The notes under the pieces were generated by a model. That model saw only the letters and a list, made by a program, of their open reading frames with translations. It searched no databases and was not told the DNA's origin. From Bigelowiella natans CCMP2755 (lineage: Eukaryota; Protista; Cercozoa), in assembly GCA_000320545.1 (NCBI GenBank), contig ADNK01003018.1, positions 15,119-79,118 on the forward strand: 64,000 nt of DNA, written 5' to 3'. The position numbers were made by a program, and so were the translations under genes. Numbering within the stretch: position 1 is the first letter of the stretch; each line of letters starts with the position of its first letter. This document shows positions 1-14,303 of the stretch, in pieces.

Positions 1-203
1 AAGAAATTCACGTATTGATTCCTGATACTTGTGTGTGTGTGTGTGATATTATTTTCTGAAAGAAGAACGCACATGAGCAACAGCAGGAGGAGGAGGAGGA
101 GGAGGAAGCGGATATCATTATCCCGAGCCTCTCAACATCATCTCCAGGCAGCAGCAGCAGCAGCATCCGTCGACTTAGCATAAGAAGGAGGGGAGAATCG
201 ATT

Positions 204-206
204 ATG

Positions 207-239
<33 letters not shown>

Positions 240-1662
240 GTGAAAGAAGAATCATTATGCGATGATAATAATACCAAAGATGGAGGAAACAGTGGTGACA
301 GCGAAAATAGCGAGGATGGTCATGATAAAATTATCATTGGTGGGAGGTGTCGTGATTCCCAGAGGGAAAAATCCTCTGCTGCTGCTGCTACTGCTGCTGC
401 TGCTTCTTCTTCCTCTTCTTCTTCTAGGATGATGATTTTAAGAAAATTTAGACGGATAGTCTGGGGTACTGCAGCTATGATCTTGGTTTTTACGGTATAG
501 TAGGCCTCAACAACGTTACCTCTTAAAAGAAGACAACGGCAGATTCATATACTACCACTACTACACTTGTAGCAGTACACATATTACCATCAAAGTTAGT
601 TACAAAAAACGTTTGAGTTGGTTTTCTATTGCAACACCGAACACACATACAGAATCACGTGTATTCTTCGTGTATTTGTTCTTTGATGAAAGTAGACTTT
701 CCTCGAATCTCGGGCCGATATGTTAGATGAATGGGAAGGACGTTTGAGGAATGATGACTTTGGTACTACCACTATTCCAAGGACTCTAATGATAAACACG
801 ACGACGATTTGTTGAACATCGTTCTTGCCACTACAAATAAATGAATCACTACAAATAAATGAATCTACGAAACCCCCTTGCGGACATAGCAGAATTTAGA
901 CGATGATGATTATGCCTCGTTAGATTGATTATTCCGATGTCACAACTATCTAAAGGAGGAGGGGGAGGGGGTGAAAAGGAGAATAATTCTATTTAGCAGA
1001 CGTACGACGTAACACTTGTTTAAATTAAAGAGTAGTATGTGGGGCATTGTAGTTATTATCTACATCATTTTCACCACCACCACCACCACCAGCACTTCTT
1101 TCACAACTCTTACTATTAGATGTGACGGGACTTAACACGATGACACCTCCATGGGACAAGAACTACTTAATGGATAGCGTGAGTAGCGCATATATACGAC
1201 GACAATAATCCATTACTACAACAATACCAATAACAACAACAACAACACTACAACTACATAATGGATAGCGTGAGTAGCGCATATATACGATGACAATAAT
1301 CCATTACTACAACAATACCAATAACAACAACAACAACTACTACTACTACTACTTCTACTACAGAGTTTCTGCTACCATCACATTAACCCCCAATTTTGTA
1401 TATTGAACACATCTCCCCTATCAGCCCTCCACAATAAGAATTGAGAAGGATAAGTAGTTAGTCTGAACACAACTAACTACAAGTGTGAATAAATAGAACT
1501 TATGATGATGTTCATATGATCATGCCTACTACTAATGTTAATCAGAGTGAGGATGATATTGTGGTTACCAAGGAAAATGGCACTGGAGGGGTGATGATGA
1601 TGATGATGATGATGATGACGAGATATCTGCTGCATGATACATCAACTATTACTATTATTGCC

Positions 1663-1693
<31 letters not shown>

Positions 1694-2186
1694 CTTCTTC
1701 TTCCTTTTTCATCATAACCCTCTCTACATGCCACCAACTACTATATTTTCTTGTCTCTCATGAAAGAAAAATATTATTATTATTATTATTAATATTATTA
1801 TTATCTCTGTTGTATCTTTGGCTGCTGCTATTTTTCTTCTATCCTTAGCGGTGATTATCTGTATTATTAGTACTCTATGCAGTTAAGAGTGCTGCTTAAG
1901 AAAACTCTGGATCTTTAAATAATCTCTAACAATGAATCATGAAACCATCATTATTTCTCACACTACTCTGTGCTCAAAAATATAAGATGGTCATTTTACC
2001 TGATGATCATGGTGCTAGCAGTTAAATAATGGGAGAACTATTATCAAGTTGTCAAATCTTACAATATTTACATAATTTCTAGGAATTCTCATCGGCACCT
2101 GCATCAGAAGATATTGGGTGGGTCTATACAATCTATGAAGATATGGAAGGTGGTAGTAGACTACTTACACAATTAATCAAGATATG

Positions 2187-2222
<36 letters not shown>

Positions 2223-3723
2223 CATCTTTTATTATTTCTGTGGAATGAATAATAATAAATGACAACAACAATAATAATTTAAAATAGGTGATACGTCGAG
2301 TGAGCCAATGGGTTTGACACTTGGTAGTAATACAAATAATACTAAATAATGATAATAATTATAAAATATATCATGTTGATAAATAGATGAGGTTGTAGCA
2401 TGATAATGATACAACAACAAATACTATTACTAGTACTACTGTGGTGCATAATAATAACATGCATGCTGCCGGTGGTGGTAGTAATAATCGTGGAAGTAGT
2501 AGTTCAGCGTACAAATCCAATGAATTATTGACAAAATCCTCTCTTTCTCTTCTTCTTCTTCTTCTTCTTCTTCTTCTTCTCTTCTCCGTTTTGTACCCCC
2601 TCCTACCATTTTCAGGAAACGATAATCAAACACTATACTTTACAGGTTATTGTGTTGGGATGGTGCTGCATATACTTCATGCGCTGCAGCTTTGTACACC
2701 ATTCTTCTTATCGATGATAGATACAACAGCCCTTGCTTATCGTTTTATTACTTCTCACATTGCCATATTCCTCATTTTACCTATCGAGCTTATTTTATAA
2801 TATGCGATTTTAGTTATATTTTCCATTGCATTCGACTACTACACATCCCATAAATAGCAAAATCTGATCTCTTTTCGCTCTCTCATAATTACCAAGAATA
2901 CAATGTGTTAATACTTGTACTACTACATTGTTTGAGTACGTTGTATATTTTGTTGTGAGAGTATCTGTTGTCCAACCCTAATGTTTCTTCTTCTTCTTCT
3001 TCTTCTTCTTCTTCTTCTTCTTTTTCTGACTGCCTCCTCCTCCTCCTCCTCCTCCTTCAAGATCGCATGCGAAATCAAGTTAGAAAGATAATGCCTGATG
3101 GAGGTAGAAGTAGTAGTAGTAGTATTAGTTGTTGTTGTTGTTGTTGTTGCTGCTGTTTCTTGGAATACTTACTGTCTATATATTATGAGAGAGGTGCTGC
3201 TGCTACAGCTAGATATTGATGATGAGGAGGTTTCTTGATAATCATACTGTCATTGATGTGATGACATAATGTGTTATTTATTTATTGTCCCCGTTGATCG
3301 TATACTACTACATGTAGGAGTCTATCTCAATACCGTTGTTTGTTGGTTGTTGTATATTAATTTTCACCGTTGATCGTATACTACATACTTGTAGGAATTC
3401 ATCTTGTGGCCGGACATATCGATGCATTGGTGAGGAGGAGGAGGAGGAAGAAGAAGAAGAAGAAGAAGAAGAAGAAGAGAAGGGGGAGGAGGAATAAGCA
3501 GCAAGCCATCACTTACAGACAAATTGGAAAAGCAGCAGCTCATAACTGCTATTATTGCCATTTATTGACTCATGTTGTTGTAAATATGTTCTCCTATCCA
3601 TTCCAACAGTCACTCCTACAAAACACATAAGAAGATGTATAAGTAAAAATTCATTCATTCTTCACATTTTAGGATGGATATAAGGATGGCACGGCAACAG
3701 GTTTAATAGTTTGATATACAATA

Positions 3724-3758
<35 letters not shown>

Positions 3759-4116
3759 TCTATTTTACATAATTTATGCATACTTAAATTTAAATAATAA
3801 TCACTTTTTAAATGTGTATACTTTTATACTTATACTATGTAATATATGATAAAACCTTATTAGTCTATCGTGTTGATGGTGCCGGTTAAATTTGTACTGG
3901 TGGTAGCAGCGTATTAGTAGTAGTAGTAGTAGTAGTAGAAGTAGTAGTAGAAGTAAGTTGTGGTATAGATCAAATGTGGTAGAGGATGAAACAACTGAAG
4001 AGGGGGTGCTCGTATTCTCCATCATCAACATAACAATACGTTTATTCATGAAAAACAAAAGACTTCAGTACTTTTCGGCTTCTTACAGTTTAAATAAAAT
4101 TTTAAGTTGTACATCT

Positions 4117-4153
<37 letters not shown>

Positions 4154-4678
4154 ATGAGTTTAATTGACTGTGTGCACTGATGACATTATGGGTTCTAGAA
4201 GTAGAAAAATCTCCTCTTCTCCTATTCCTCTTCTTACCCCCCCCCCCCTTCGATGGACATTTAAGTCATCTAGTCGTGATAAGGAGGTGCTGTAGTAGTA
4301 GTATTATGGCGGTGATAGTAGTTTCTTTCGCTTGTTGTAAGTAGCAAGAGTAGTACTAGCACCTCCATCTTGTTGTTGCTTTATATCATTTGTATGGATA
4401 TGTGAGATTATATTTCTTACTACTAATGTCTTCGAAAGATGATGAAAATTAGTAAATGAGTAATTCTTAAGACTCGATTGTTCTAAATTGTTTTTTAATA
4501 TAATCGAATTATTTTAAGACTCAGTTCTTCTTCATTGGTTTTTTAATATTATATTTGTAGATGTGCCATCATCCTTGAAATGAATCATGATTATATATGA
4601 TCGATCTTAAAACAACTAATCCTAATGCACAGCATCATTCTTGTGGTACCCAAATGGAATAACAGTCGATAGCAAAGG

Positions 4679-4713
<35 letters not shown>

Positions 4714-5607
4714 GCAGCAGTATATTATTGTACAAGGTGTGTTATTCCACCGAATACGAGGAATGAGTCAGTATATAATAAACAATAGTAGATTATTGTA
4801 AGTGGAGGAATGAGTCAGTATATAATAAACAATAGTAGATTATTGTAAGTACGTGAGGTCCAAAAGAAGAAGAAATGTGGTGGTGATGATGCTGCTGCTG
4901 CTAACGGTTAAAGATTAGCACATATATATCATAGAAAAAGGAAGAAGAGAAGAGTGAGAAAAATACTTGGACTGGCGCGAGATAGGAATGAGGATGATAT
5001 ATCTTAAAATGATGATCGATTATCAATAATGGCATTCTCTTCATATTCTCTTCATATGCTACTCTACTAAAGTAATGATGAGGATATATATCATCCAGAA
5101 TAGTATTCTCTTCATATACTCTGATGAAGTACTATGTTATCATCTAACCTGCTGATGTTAGACAAATATTACTACTCTTGTAGGTTACATCTATGTATGT
5201 GACGGGTACAATTATGTTGTGAGACGTATATCCTCCGACGAGAAAGTAAGTAAGTAATAATTTATATATATTATGTTCAATGGAGTGTCGCTACGGGTAG
5301 CAGCATTTTACTTCTGTATTTATTCTAGCTTTGTTGTTCTTCCTCCTCCTCCTCCTCCCCCTCATTGCTTCAAGGAGGTGTATGTATGTATGTATGTATG
5401 TATTATTCAAAGGGTTATAGACAATGTCTGCTTTCTTGATAACCCCCCCCTTAATTGTAATCATGTAGCCTTGTGTTAAATTATCTAATCCTTGTGCTAC
5501 TTACTTGTTCTTCTTCTTCATTGGTTGTAGGAAATTATCACCTTCGCTGGATCTGGATTGTATGGGCATAGAGATGGACCTGTAGAGTATATGATGGTAG
5601 AAGAGAC

Positions 5608-5643
<36 letters not shown>

Positions 5644-6200
5644 AATCAGTTATAGTATTCCTATTATTTTCTGATATTATAACTGGTACTACTGGCGCTG
5701 CTGCTACTTACTACTCAGTTTCGGCACCCAATTGACGCTGTTAGTGACAGTAGAGGACAAATATACATTGCAGATCAATTGGTACTAGTACTTACGACCA
5801 CTAAATAATACAGAAGAAGAAGAAGAAGAAGAAGAAGAAAGAAGAAACCTACTTCCTCAACATTTTACAGTTTGAAATAATAGTTTCCTTTTTGGATGAT
5901 GGATCAAGAATTGTGATGGTGAAATGATGATGATAGTCAATGTCAATGATGCTATGTGAAAAGACATACGATATCCGGAGGATTTATAAAGATCGGTTCT
6001 CGGGGTTATGGATAGGAGAAACAATAATGTATGAAAAACAATTGGACCTCGCTATAAAAAAGATTCTCATCATCATTATTATGATCTTTTTATTATCTTT
6101 GGGTAGTGATTAAATAGTCGTATTTTTGACATGTGTGTGCAATGCATTATTTTCATCATAATCCAATAATCGAGCGACGCCTCCCCACCACTTTTTCTTC

Positions 6201-6231
<31 letters not shown>

Positions 6232-6693
6232 ACTACTACTACTACTCCCAAGAGGATCGCCATTAGCTGCAGGGTCAGTAACAACCCAACCGAAAACAAC
6301 AACAATAACAACAACAACAAACTAGAAACAACATCCATCATCATTTTTAAATTTAGCACTGATGGTTGGATATGATATGATATATATGGTATGTGATATA
6401 TGAGATGCAAACTATGGTTGGTGAAGAAATAGGATACGAATTACTGCTAAATTGTTGTGTCTCGGCCCACTATTAACAACTTGATTCCACGCTGCATTGT
6501 AAGGTTCAAAGACGGTTATGGACCAATGTTTCAAGACTTGTAATAATAATAAGATCTCTCTATACATTGGAATAACTGATAATAAGAAAAGAATAATACC
6601 TTGAGATTATAAATGTCATCTGCCGATAGAAAAGAGGAAACCACAACGAATTGTTTTACATTAGATGGTTTTTATAAATATGACATATTTAAC

Positions 6694-6730
<37 letters not shown>

Positions 6731-7958
6731 CCCGTAAAACACAGCAGCACTGCTAATATACAAGCAAGTGCATTTCTCACTACTTACTCTTTCGAATATG
6801 AGTAGGTATTCTCTGATACGCTCACCAATTGATGGTACATTCTATACAAGCTGTAGAAACTATGATAGAAGGTAATACAGCAGCAGCAGCATTAGCAGCA
6901 GATATGATAAGAAAGTCTTTGCAAGACAGCTGACACCGAAGAAGGGTGTAAAAGAAGAAGAAGAAGAAGAAGAAGAAGAAGAGAATATATTGCAGAGCTA
7001 TTGCCAATAAACACCCATTCCCTCCCCTCTTGTGGTAGTACATACCTGTAAAGTACAAGGAACAACTTGCAAGTAGTAGTGAGATTTTGATGAAACGAAT
7101 GATATACGTGATCATCATCATACGTCGCAAAGGATACGTAAGCTTAAGTTCCATTTTCTTCTTCCGGAAAAGTCTCAAGCATGGACGGTTGCAGGTAGTA
7201 GTAGTAGTAGTAGTAGTAGTAATAGTAACATGATGTAATAATCTTGGATTGTTGCTCTTGAATGTTCTCCATCAACCCAAGTGCGTGTGCTTTATCGTCG
7301 TTTTACTGTTTTCCCAACTTTTTGATGTTATAATAACAGAAACATACACACTAGCTACTACTTATATTGATACTACTACTACTACTTTTTGATGTTATAA
7401 TAACAGAAACATACACACTAGCTACTACTTATATTGATACTACTACTACTACTACTACTACTACCTCTTTTGCTACATAATTGATCTTTTTATCGGTAAT
7501 ATTATTCTTATTTCTTCTAGGTCAAAGCTTCCCGTTAGGTCATGTTGATGGGCATGGCCCTTTAGCATTATTTCGATCGGTAGGTACTGCTGCTGCTGCT
7601 GCTTTGATGGTAGTAGTAGTAGTAGTAGTAGTAGTAGTTGTTTCAATCTTCTTCATTTGTCGTGAGGAGGAGGAGGGGGAGGAGGAAAACAATCATCAAC
7701 CATCAGATACATATGAATTTTATATACTTATAAAAACAGCGATTTGGTGTAATAATATGACCCTCCCTCATGCTGCATTTATTCTCCTTTCTGTCTTAGG
7801 TAAGTGGAATGGCAATAGATCATTCTAATAACATTTATCTTTCTGATATTGGAAATAATGTGGTTCGAAGGATTAGCTCTGGTATTATACATGCTCTCAC
7901 ATCCAACTTGATGATATGTCGTTTCTTTGCATTATATACACTCTCACCCTCCCCCCCC

Positions 7959-8052
<94 letters not shown>

Positions 8053-8097
8053 AAATTCTGTAGTAGATAAAAATATGATGGGATTTCTACTGAGACA

Positions 8098-8161
<64 letters not shown>

Positions 8162-8800
8162 GAAAATTTAGAATGCTAGATCAACATTCTTATCCGTTAT
8201 TGTAAGCAGATGGCGAGGTCACGACAGTTGTGGGTGATGGACGTTACATCGACGAATATGCAAATGCAGATTTCTATAAAGTGGAAGGACCTTCACGCAA
8301 GGTATTTAGTTTGTGAAATGGATATGGTTATTGTTTAGAGTCAGTAAATGATAACTATTATGTTATGAAGGTGTTGAAATGCAAGTTAAAATAGTGCTGG
8401 GGAGTAGGGACTACAATGATATCCACATGAATGATAACTGATGATACAATTATGTGTACCAAAGTTTGTATCTCTCTCTACTGCAGCAGCAGCAGCCTTT
8501 TTCAAATATTCGTCTTATCATTCTTCCAGCGACTAGTACTATTTTTATCAAATACATCATTCTACTGAGTTTACTACATTATCTTTCAAGGTGTCACTGT
8601 CAGGTCCCAATGGAATTGCAGTTGGCCCTGATAATAGCTTATATATTGCTGATACGGGGGCTAGGCGAATAATAAAAGTAATAGTGTGTTGAAACGAAAG
8701 GGCACACATGCAAATATCATTTCGTCTTTACGTTTAGAATCCTCCATAACCATCGTGTAAATAACTATAGGTGGTCCCTAATGATGCTGGCTGGGTATAA
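204..8800 (+). CDS. NHL-repeat (beta-propeller) protein, multi-exon, probable N-terminal membrane anchor; start uncertain
   Basis: Short GT-AG exons join into NHL repeats: SFLWYPNGITVDSK-GYIYVCDGYNYVVRRI (~4633-5245), EIITFAGSGLYGHRDG (5531), FRHPIDAVSDSRGQIYIADQ (~5719), VSGMAIDHSNNIYLSDIGNNVVRRIS (~7800), SGPNGIAVGPDNSLYIADTGARRIIK (~8600), last exon VVPNDAGWV* with TAA at 8798-8800. Hydrophobic RRIVWGTAAMILVFT in ORF 204-500. Confidence 0.85.
1168..1337 (+). repeat. ~90-bp tandem duplication that copies a 5' splice site
   Basis: taatggatagc|gtgagtagcgcatatatacga...caataccaataacaacaacaacaac occurs at ~1168 and again at ~1259. Confidence 0.85.
4758..4850 (+). repeat. ~47-bp tandem duplication (intronic)
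   Basis: gaggaatgagtcagtatataataaacaatagtagattattgtaagt twice in tandem. Confidence 0.85.
7316..7452 (+). repeat. ~67-bp tandem duplication (intronic)
   Basis: actttttgatgttataataacagaaacatacacactagctactacttatattgatactactact twice. Confidence 0.85.
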
Positions 8801-8899
8801 GAAGAAGAATTATGGATTTATTGTTTTCATTTCATTATCATAAAGAAACATGAGTAACAATATCAGAGTCTTTTATCATACGAATGTATAGTTGCCCCA

Positions 8900-10050
8900 C
8901 TACTAGCTCGAAATCAATCGTCTAGCATTTTCCACGATGAGGCAATATAGAGCAAGAATGTGGCGACATTGCCGCATATCACATTTTATCTAGGTATCAT
9001 AACATCTACTAGACTTTGAAACAAACTTCCTTGCGCTACTGGGAAAGTCCATCTACGTATTATATCTTGCCTTTTTCTGGCATCAGCTCACTGGCACGAG
9101 TACGTATCTCTGTATCCAAGCATGATCGATGCGTGACAGTATCCAGATGCTATGTGCACATTGCGTTGTTCATGCTGAGTACGGCCATGCTAGCATGTTT
9201 CAATACTTTTATGAGACCTTTGGCGATACGATCCACTGTAGGGTAAGCCGAGTAACATGCAGTCAACCAAATGGTTGGAAACTCCTGCTGCTGATCGAAT
9301 GATGTCACATGCGATGCAGTCAACCAAATACAATGGTTGGACCCCCCTACTGCTGCTGAATGTGGACGGCGTGTGTTGTAGCTAGCTTTATTTGCACAGC
9401 GTAGCAACTACATCAGGATGACCACATCGGTGGGATTTGTAAGACAGGCGTAATGAATCAAATTAAATTTGTTCAATGGTCATCCTCATATCTAGATATG
9501 TAGCTGTGCAATGCAACGGCTTTCTAGCTTTATTTTGGAGCATTCATTTGATTCATTGCTACACATCGATCCGTCTGATACGCTGAATGCAAATCTAGAA
9601 ATGCCCAATATGTAAGTACTAGCTAGTGCAATTGAAAATTTGAAATTCGCATGTACGTGACTACCGCTTACGCAACAAAACCACGGCGATTCACGTGCCA
9701 TGATGCGTGCTATATGCTAGCTAGTATCAATAAGAATGCATGATCGAGAGTATTGTCGTCCCGTGCGTACATGCATCATGCAAGAATAAACAGCTTATTC
9801 GACAAAACATGAACAGCAATGCTTGTGTCGGTCGTATCGCTGTGTAGTTTTACACGCTGGAACAACAGGTCGCACCGCGTTGTGATCATGGCGACGCAAA
9901 GATCCGAGGATGTGAAGAATATCGATGCATAGCAATCGCTCTTCCAGCATATACAATGATCCACTACTAGATTGAATGAATGTACAGTTGAAATGGAACA
10001 TGTGCTATTTTGAGTGTGCCTATTAGCATAGTCCCCACGAAATGACATAT
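8900..10050. other. Palindrome-rich (CTAG/GCATGC/TGCA), microsatellite-free intergenic block A between convergent 3' ends
   Basis: Contains catgctagcatg, actagctagtgca, atgctagctagta, gtacatgcatcatgca; no long simple repeats; lies between the NHL stop (8800) and the kinase 3' end (~10145). Confidence 0.7.
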
Positions 10051-10144
10051 GAGTAACTTCAAAATATACGCTCTATAATGTAGAGTGTGGAGAAATAACA
10101 CCACCACACCCTGCATTTTTTTACATTCTATTGGTAGAATCTAA

Positions 10145-11440
10145 CTAAAGGTTATTTGATGTTATCCGGTTTCGATTGATTTTCTTCAAATTTTGCAACT
10201 GATTTACATTCTAAATAGAGTGATAACAAACAAGAGTAACAAGCAAGATTTAATTACAACCCTTTGAAGGAGAACACCCGTTTTTGAGACAAATTGTTAT
10301 CGTATTCTTCGATAACCACCTTTCGCATGCCATTTGTTCTTGGAGTAGAAAGCTTTCTTGATCCCCACCCTAAATTCAATGCATTAGTCTGTCGTAAGGA
10401 CAACAATACCATCATTTTCTCCCAGTCGTCTCTTTAATCTTAAGGATGATATGTGATAATACAACCTACTGTGCGTGGTGTAACCACTTCAAGTCCGCCA
10501 CTTGAGAATCCCGATGTTGGGGATTTCCATCTTCTCCTAGGTACTACGGCACTACCTACAATTATTCAATCACCTCTTTACTACCCAGCAGCAGCAGTAG
10601 TAGTAGTAGTAGCAGTAGTTGTAGTTGTAGTAGTTGTAGTAGTAGAGCGATCAACTCATAATAAGAACACTTGCTGCTGTTGCTGCTGCTCTCTCCCCCC
10701 TCCCCCCTCTCTCCTATTATTTGCCGTATATTTTCTGCATCCAACAGGAAGAGATAATATTCTTCTTCTTCTTCTTCTTCTTATTATTATTATTCTACGA
10801 GAACCAACTACTTCTACTACTACTATCGTCATCCTCCTGCACCAAAAAAGATGAATAAGCTATTCTAGAGTGAGCCACTAGTACTATCATCAAACATCAT
10901 TATAATTATATTATCACTCTACTACTACTCCTACTACCTCCTGTTGGTGACCGACGATGTTGTGATGATACTACTCTTCGATGAGAACCAGGTCTAGGAG
11001 AACTACCGATTATTACCTAAGGGGGGAAGAGGAAGAAGAGGAGACAATTACTCGGTATATAAATACTACTCGCCACAAATGATATTCATGAATCATCATC
11101 AAGTAATGGTTCTTGTCTATCAAGAAGGCATATATACACCACCACCAATCTTGGTCGTCATTATGACTATCGTATTATCTGGGTTCTTGAGTACTTTTTG
11201 TTGATATTATATTATATTACGTGGTTGTTCTTTTTTGATATTTTTGAGTAAAGTCCCCTCCTATTGACAAGCCTTGCAAGTGAGTCTTCCCCCCCCCCCG
11301 CTATTGCGCCAACATCTTGCACATGGGGATGAAGTCTTGCATGTGGTGACGTGTTAATCCTTGGGGTTGCTAATCCAGCAGCAGCAGCAGCAGCGCGTTG
11401 ATTGGAGGAGTAATTTGTTGTATCGGAGCGACCGCGTACA

Positions 11441-11473
<33 letters not shown>

Positions 11474-12461
11474 GGTCGTAACTTAGAAACTCGCATCTTA
11501 GCCAATCTGAGGAAGGAGTTAGTAGTGGTTATGGTGCTAGTAGTGTTATTGTTCAAAATAATAACAACTACGATATATAAACTATTACGCTGGGAATTCA
11601 TTCAAAATATGCACTGAATAGCTGCCCAAAACAGCAGCGTTTTCTCCATCCATGTGACCCCTTCTAACCCTATCATTATTGTTTTGACCCTCCTCCTCCT
11701 CCTCCTCCTCCTCCTCCTCCTCCTGAAGTTCTTACTTTGTATCAGCATCCCGATGGCATTCCTCCTTGAGCTTTGCTACCTCTGAAAACGTCATCTTCCT
11801 TTTTGTGTCGTTCTTGCATAAGAAGGAAGAGAGAATGGAATCAGCAGCAGCAGCAGCAGCATGAAGTACAACTCATATGTATACAAAATAAACAGGGTTA
11901 CTACTACTGTGATTCTTTACTACCTCTTCTCCCCCTCCTCCCAAGTACTCAGTCATCATTGCCCACGAATGATTTTGAATGCTTTCTAGAGGAAGTCGGT
12001 CTAAAGACTTCACTTCAAGCATACCTAAGACACACCGTTATTGTTCACATCATCATCATATCGATCGTCACCACCAACACCACCACCACCAACAACAACA
12101 ACAACACATTTAAGAACAAGAAAAGAAGATAGAAAAAATTAAGCTTGAAGAAAGGTCCTTCTGAGAACGAGAGTAAGTAATAGCTCTATTTTAGTGGTAA
12201 TAATACTTCGAATTAGGTCCGTAAGTCCCTTTGAGAGAAAAGATGGTATCGTAAAGAAACCGTTGCAAACCTGAATTATTGTCATTGTTGTAAGAGTCAT
12301 CATTACGGTTATTATCATCAACCCCATCATCTTTATTTACAGAAAACGATACTAATATTTTGCGTGAGAACAATTAGATCTATTTGCAATGTAATGATGA
12401 AGATTACTCATCATGTTTCTGCAAAGTAGAAGCGGTAGACGACACTCAGTATTAACAGCAA

Positions 12462-12503
<42 letters not shown>

Positions 12504-14244
12504 ATCTCTATTCCTCCTCCCATGATCATCTTTATCATCATCACCCTTCAACGTTATCGTATACTACTGTACCTTCTGTGATAGATTTTGCAGATTTTTT
12601 GCTGCAAATGGTAAAAAGCCGCAAACCATTGCATACAGTACAACCTGTAGCAGCAAATTAATATACAATAAGCATTGATTGATTAATCAATAAGTGAATC
12701 ATTAATCCTGAAGTCAATTAGTTATTCTCTTCTTCTTCCTCCTCCTCCTTCTCCTCACTTACCCCTAAGCTCCACACGTCGGTTGATCCATCATACTTTT
12801 GCCCTCTCATCAGCTCTGGTGACATATAAAGAGGAGTGCCACAAACAGATTCTAACTTCGCGTCGCCCAACAAACGCTCACTTAAACCGAAATCTACGAT
12901 CTTGATGTTTCCTGGACAAATTAATTAAAAAGACAAACAAGTGATGTGTATTTGGTGCTGATAACAGCCAACATATATAACCATATTATAGACATGATCG
13001 ATCATTACGAGACAATGATCTTTCTCTTCTTCTAAACCATTTCCCTTTGTTTTGTAGTACCCACCTTCAGAATCGAGAAGTATATTCTCTAGCTTGAGAT
13101 CCCGATGTATTACCTACAAAAAACAAACAGACAGACAAACAGACAAACGGACAAATACACGTCAAAAAGGAAGGAAGGAGGGAAGGAGAGGGTGAGGGAG
13201 GATGGCAAAAGAAGAACAGAAGCAAACGCCTTTTATTATATGAGTCGCGTGTGTGCCCAAACAACAACAATAACAATATAAACAACAACGATAGCAACCG
13301 TGTGCAAGTCAAGCATACTCACGACATCGTAGTATAACAACTATGTATTTTTAATAACTTTTTCTATGAGTGGTAGTACACTGTGACACCATTGTACCAC
13401 TATTGCTACCACTACTATTAGAGCTTTCTATCAGTGTATAATGTGTTATTATTATTGGTAGTAGTAGTAGTAGGCTGCTGGAGATGTATCAGTATCAAAT
13501 TTTGATTATGAATAATATCCTCAAACTCTAACTCTAAATTCTAATAATCGAGTTGATCGATTTTCTGTTAATATGTGTTGCTCCTACTACTACTACTACT
13601 ACTACTACCTTTAACCTATGGCAATAAACCAACCCGTCCAATATTTGGGAGAATAGCCTTCAAAATCATCATTTTGTAACAGTAACATAAATAACATGAG
13701 ACAGAAAACAACGACAACAACAACAACTACTACTACTACTACTACTACATCTGTTCCTCCTCTGCAAAGGAAGTGTCGTATTATCATTATCATCATTATC
13801 ATCATCATCTCTTTCAACCTCGAGGCATGGCTTTCGGAAAGATAAAGGTGCTTTTCTATCAGCTTCGATAACTCTCCTCCCTCTGCATACTCCATAACCT
13901 GAGGACAGTAACAACCAACGTCGAGAAAATAGCGGGAGATATCATAGATGTTTGTTTTATGATCATACTATAGAAAAGCTTTGCTTGATGCAGTACATTA
14001 AAGATTTACATATACTATTACCAGTCACTACTTATTCCTACTATTACCACCACCACCACCACCACCACTGACAGCTTTTCTGTATTGCTCTGCTGCTACT
14101 ACTACTACTACTACTACAACTACCAGGATAATGTTGTTGTATTGGTTCACCACGTCATACAGCTGGATCACGTTCTTCAAACACAAAAATCAAAATGCAA
14201 CTAAGTATTATGTTGTAAAGCAATGGGTCTGTGTATGTGTGTGC

Positions 14245-14303
<59 letters not shown>

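Noticed and set aside
9016-10048. Cys/His/Ala-rich ORFs within the palindromic blocks (also 18726-19044, 31636-32234, 43157-44032, 57918-58418)
   Set aside because: They occur on both strands with no recognisable motifs and are explained by TGCA/GCAT-rich composition.
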